Of a DNA stretch of 64,000 bases, positions 58,922 to 64,000 are shown in pieces (the first letter of the stretch is position 1; the number at the start of each line of letters is the position of its first letter). This DNA comes from the human T2T-CHM13v2.0 reference genome, Homo sapiens. A program made the translations under genes and the position numbers. Location of the stretch: assembly GCF_009914755.1 (NCBI RefSeq), contig NC_060939.1; one strand, 5' to 3'. The notes beneath the pieces were generated by a model. That model ran no database searches. It was not told where the DNA came from and worked only from the letters and a program-made list of their open reading frames with translations.

Positions 58922-59550
58922 GGGTCATCAGTCGGGATTTTACCCAAGAAGCAGAACCACTATGAATGATTTGGGATAAGAGATGTGTTTCCCACGTTAG
59001 ACCTGGAAACTGGGGGAAAGTCTATGCAAGGCTGCTGCCTCTGCACTGGGTGTTGTGCATGCGGTCACTACTATTAGATCATCTGAATGGGCAGTCAGGA
59101 AGGAAAGCTGGATGTGAGGTCAGGGAGAGCAATGATGAACTGGACCCCACATGCATAAGCTAGAACTCACAAACACAATCTGGACCTTGCATTTGTCTTT
59201 AACCCCTGTAACCTAAAATACATGATGACATGAAAAAGCTGACATCCTCTGCCAGAGTTGCACACAGCAGAAAACCTATGGAAACCTGAGTTGCTGTGGG
59301 TGCAGGTGCTGTCATGCCGGGAAGGTGAGCCAGCACATCAATGACAACCTGCCCGGACTGCCACATTGCTTGGTATCCCACCTATTGAAACTGTAGGAAC
59401 ATAAACTTGGCTGCTGCTTTACTTTCAGCTTCTAAATCTTGCACAAATTTCTCCCATGGCCAACCCTAACATGAGACCGGATACTGAAGGGAATTCTGGG
59501 AAATGTAGTTCCAGCTTAGCTAAATGCACATGGTGCAAGACCACCACAGA
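58922..59550 (-). mobile_element. ERVL solo LTR (LTR41-like)
   Basis: caagaagcagaaccact…tggccaaccctaac…gaagggaattctgggaaatgtagttccagcttagc. Confidence 0.65.
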
Positions 59551-61538
59551 GTGCAAATAACAGAACTTAATGATGAAAATACCCTTCACTAGTACGCCGG
59601 CCAGCTGACACCTGGCAGGCTCCTTCATTTCTCTCCATCCATGCTCCTCATGATTTCAAACAGCTGCTTATCCCAAATCCAACGTCCCTTACTCCTGTCT
59701 CCTATTGACCTGTGTTCAATTAACCTGCCAGAATATAAAAGCTGAATGTGGCCCTTATTTCTATAGTCACAAAGTTCACTTTAAACGAATGACCTCTGGT
59801 GATCATGGCAACTCTTCATCCCCCTTCTCTGGCTCACAAATTATCAAGGAAAGGACATCCTAATGGAGAGGGTAATTTAATCTGAATTGCTCTTTAGTCC
59901 CTGGACATCTCTTGACTGCCTGGCTGTCAGAAGAAAGTGTGTTTTTTTCAGCTGCATGGTCTATCGGGCTTTCATTAATCTAACTTGTTTTAATATCCAT
60001 TAGTGAGCATTAATCTAAAAGGATGGGTTTGGGGCAGAGATCCCATTCCTCTTGTCTTCTATAATTTTCTAGTATCAGAGAAACTTTACTTTTTTTTTCC
60101 ACTATGAAGCTCCAAAGTGAATAAAATCAGCCAAAGAGTGTTTGGACGCCTGTCCACATTGGTAGATTGTTATTGGTGCCACCCCAGCTGGATCTGAAGT
60201 TTCTTCTTAGATTCCTCCTGCAAAGTGCACAGCACAAGTTCACCCTCTTCTCACACTGGGTTGTGAATCCCACCCTTCACCATTGACCACCAGCATATTC
60301 CTTCTTGGGGATACATTTTCCTTCTCCATGTATTCTTTTTGTTCCTACACTTTCCCCCAGCACAACAGAGCTGGTATCTGGACAGGGCCATGGAATCCAG
60401 CCTGCAGAGGTGAAGCGTTTGAGTCTAAAGCCATCCTGGAGTCACTGAACTTCAAAGTAACAATCCCAAAACAGAGTGATTCCAAGAAGGCAAAAAGACA
60501 AAAGCATTTCCCAGCACGTTTGACCAGCCTTACTACATGATTCACTGGCATTTCATCTGTGTCTTTTCCAGGACAATCTGGAGCCCTCCCTCTCTGAAAA
60601 GATTGTGTTCTTGAGCCATTCCTTTATGCCATTTATTCTGTCTTGGAGTCTCCATCTAAAAATTCAAGAGGCTTTTTGGTTTTTTTCACTATGACAGAGT
60701 TCTCCATATTTATAGTCTCTTCAGAGAACATTCAAATTGGCCTTAAAGAGGCACAAACATAGGGCATTCTGAACCTCCTATCTAACCCCAAATTTACAGA
60801 GTTTCTAAATTTTCAAGAGAAACCAGAAATCTATAATTTTATGTGAAATATTCCAAATCCAAAAATAAGCTTAAAATACATTAGACCCTGTGGTGTAAGT
60901 CAGAAAATATGTCTTCAGGCAGAAGCCAGCCCTCGGGCTCCTCATCTAATGATGTCATGCCCATTGCTCTGGCAGAAAGGCCGAGCTCCTACAAATGACT
61001 TGTCATCAGCTGTACAAGTGCAGTCATCACTAGTATCTTTAATCCACAATTTATTCCTATTAGAAGGCACTAGAGAGAGGGAAAAGCAGGTGAAAACTAC
61101 AGTCACACTGAGTGAAATCCACATATATGCAGGTTTCTTTATAAGAAATGCCAAAGAAGTTCCTCAGGCCAGGATGGAATGACACTAAGTGAAAACATAG
61201 ATCCGCAAAGAAGAATGAAGAGCACTGGAAATGTTAAATGCAGAAAAGCACCAAAGACCACAGTTGTCTCTTATTAATTTCTTTAAAAGGCAACTGACCA
61301 TTTAAAGCCAATATATATGTTTATATGTTTAATATATGAAACATTAATTCAAATATAATTTACATCTTATTTATGTATTTTTAAACATATTAATATGTAT
61401 TTAAAATACATGCTTATATTTAAATACATTATATATTTATTTCTATGTTAGTACAGAATATAAACATAATGTATGTAGATGTAGAAAGATATGATAACAG
61501 TAGCACATATGGTGAGGGAGAAAGATAAATAAAGTCAT

Positions 61539-61808
<270 letters not shown>

Positions 61809-62033
61809 CTATTTCAAGGCTCTTATATTTTAGATAAAGTGGTACAATAATAACACTAAATAGATTGTGATAAGCTAATGATGATCCATATTATAATCCC
61901 TAGAGCAACAACTAAAAAATAATAACAGGCATAGCTACAATCCAATAGGGGAATTAAAATAAAATGCTAAGAAATCATTGATAACCTGAAGAAGGAGAAA
62001 AAGAAGGAACAAGGAATGAAAAACAGATGTAGG

Positions 62034-62192
62034 GGCTGGGCACGGTGACTCACACCTGTAACCTTAGCACTTTGGGAGGCCGAGGCAGGAGGATCACCTG
62101 AGGTTGGGAGTTTGGGACCAGCCTGACCAACCTGGAGAAACCCCGTCTCTACTAAAAATACAAAAAAAATAAAAAAAAAAAAGGAAAGAAAA
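62034..62192 (+). mobile_element. AluSp left monomer only
   Basis: cctgaccaacctggagaaacccc (Sp-type), linker running into A tail; TSD gaaaaacagatgta at 62018-62031 and 62193-62206. Confidence 0.88.
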
Positions 62193-62669
62193 GAAAAACA
62201 GATGTACAAGTAAAAAGCAAAAAATGCCAGACTAAACCCAACCACATAAAAAATTACATTAAATACATATAGACTAACAGTTCCTATTAAAAAGCAGAGA
62301 TTGTCTAACTGGATTTAAAAAAACAAATCAAGAGTCACCTATGCTATCTTCAAGAGAAGAAGTTTAAATGTAAGATACAGATAGTTTTAAAGTAAGAAGA
62401 TGTAAAAAAACATCTCATGCAAACTTGGTAGAAGAAAGCAGGTATGACAATACTAGTATCAGTTAAAATAAACTTCAAGATAAGCAGTGTTACCAAGAGG
62501 AAGCTTTCATAATGATAAATGAGTCCATTCATCGGGAAGATATAATAATTCTAAATGAGTATGCACCTAATAATAGAGTCTCAAAACATATCAAACAAAA
62601 ACTGATAGAACTAAAGAAAGTCAGAAACACCTCCACAACTCTAGCTGGAGAGCGTAACAGCAAAGATAT

Positions 62670-63167
62670 GATATTAGGCATGATTTTCCAGAGAAACAGA
62701 ACCAATACAGAGAGAGACAGAGAGACAGAGAGAGAGAGATTCATTATGAGGATTGGCTCATGCAGTTAAGGAGGCTGAGAAGTCCTGTAATCAGCTGTCT
62801 GCAAGCTGGAGTCCCAGGAAAGCCAATGGGGTAACGCCAGTCCAAACTCTAAGGCCACCAGGAAATTAATGTTGTAAGTCCAAGAACCAGGATCAGCTAT
62901 GTACATTGGAGGAGAAGATGGCTATCCCAGCTCAAGCAGAAAGAGTGAATTCACCCTTCCTTTGCCTTTCTGTTCTATTCAGTCCCTCAATGGATTGAGT
63001 GGTGCTCACCTACCTTGGTGAGGATGAATCTTCTTTTCTCCCTCTACTGATTCAAATGCTATTATCTTTCAGAAACACCCTCACAGACACATCAAGCAAT
63101 AATGTTTAACCAACTATCTGGTCACCCCGTAGCCCAGTCAAGTGGACATATAAAATTCACCATCACA
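62670..63167 (-). mobile_element. MLT2B-like (ERVL) solo LTR
   Basis: ccagagaaacagaaccaata…aaaattcaccatcaca; TSD GATAT at 62665-62669 and 63168-63172. Confidence 0.9.
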
Positions 63168-64000
63168 GATATAGATTATCTGAATATAACCAGCACAGCA
63201 TCACTCCATTCAGGAAAGATGAAACCTCATCAACAGTGGACGGATGGGCTCTGAGCAGTCAGATTGGACACTGGCTATAGTGCTGGAGGAAAGTTTCAGA
63301 ATCCCTTGCTTTGTCAAGCATTACTGCTTTAGTGCCTGGACCATAAGGGAGGGATGAGATAGGCCAGGTGTGGGTGGCTTAGGGCAATGTGTGTATTTAC
63401 AACAGATAGGAAAGTATTTTAATATTTTAATAATCAATATTATCCCACAGGTATAGCATCAGAAAACTATCCCTGGCTCCTTTAATAAGAAGAATGCCAC
63501 AACCAGCTTTATCAAGAAGGTATCAGACTGTACATACCTTGAAAACAAGGTCTGGGATTGAGTTATCCATGTAGTTCTCACTAAGCTTAATACAGAATTT
63601 TCCCCGTAATAGAAATATCATAGAAACTAATTCAATGGAAGAAAGAATAAATAATTCCTTTATTTTTTCTTTGTTCAAGAGGCACCTTTCAGCAACATCT
63701 CCATCCACGTTTAAAAAGATGACATCCTTGCACTTGAATGCTTTCATCACAATAGTTAAAGCCAAAACTAAGCAAAACATATTGGGATGCTGGCACCTTC
63801 TGTTGAAAAAGTTGTATATAAAATTCTGCTGAAAAGCAGCATATGTTTTTGATAACTATAAAACACATCATATTTAAGAATCAAGAAGGAAGGTAAATGC
63901 TGAATATTAATGAACTTGAAGCCTTATTCAAACTAAAAGTTGGTCTTTGGTGTGATTTAATTCTTCCCCAAACATGGCAACCCCTTTCAGGGTCTCTTCT

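Overview
Human genomic DNA: two AluYb8 copies, a human-specific subfamily, fix the species. The window reads as intergenic or deep-intronic. I found no credible protein-coding exon, RNA gene, CRISPR array or intact autonomous transposon. The ORFs in the track are short, and those I could trace are read-throughs of Alu, LTR, L1 or microsatellite sequence; the only recognisable protein signals are decayed Tigger7 transposase and L1 ORF1/ORF2 remnants. Much of the window is nested interspersed repeats: about 14 Alus, about 12 solo LTRs, L1/L2/L3/MIR fragments and Tigger/hAT DNA transposon fossils. Family names come from my recall of consensus sequences, not a database run, and boundaries without a target-site duplication (TSD) are approximate. 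I did not find a novel biological system. The most notable items are two near-consensus AluYb8 in inverted orientation about 27 kb apart, two cases of repeated insertion at the same target site, an AluSp left monomer with a full TSD, TSD-less Alu stubs, and a few motif-level regulatory and splice candidates in unique sequence.
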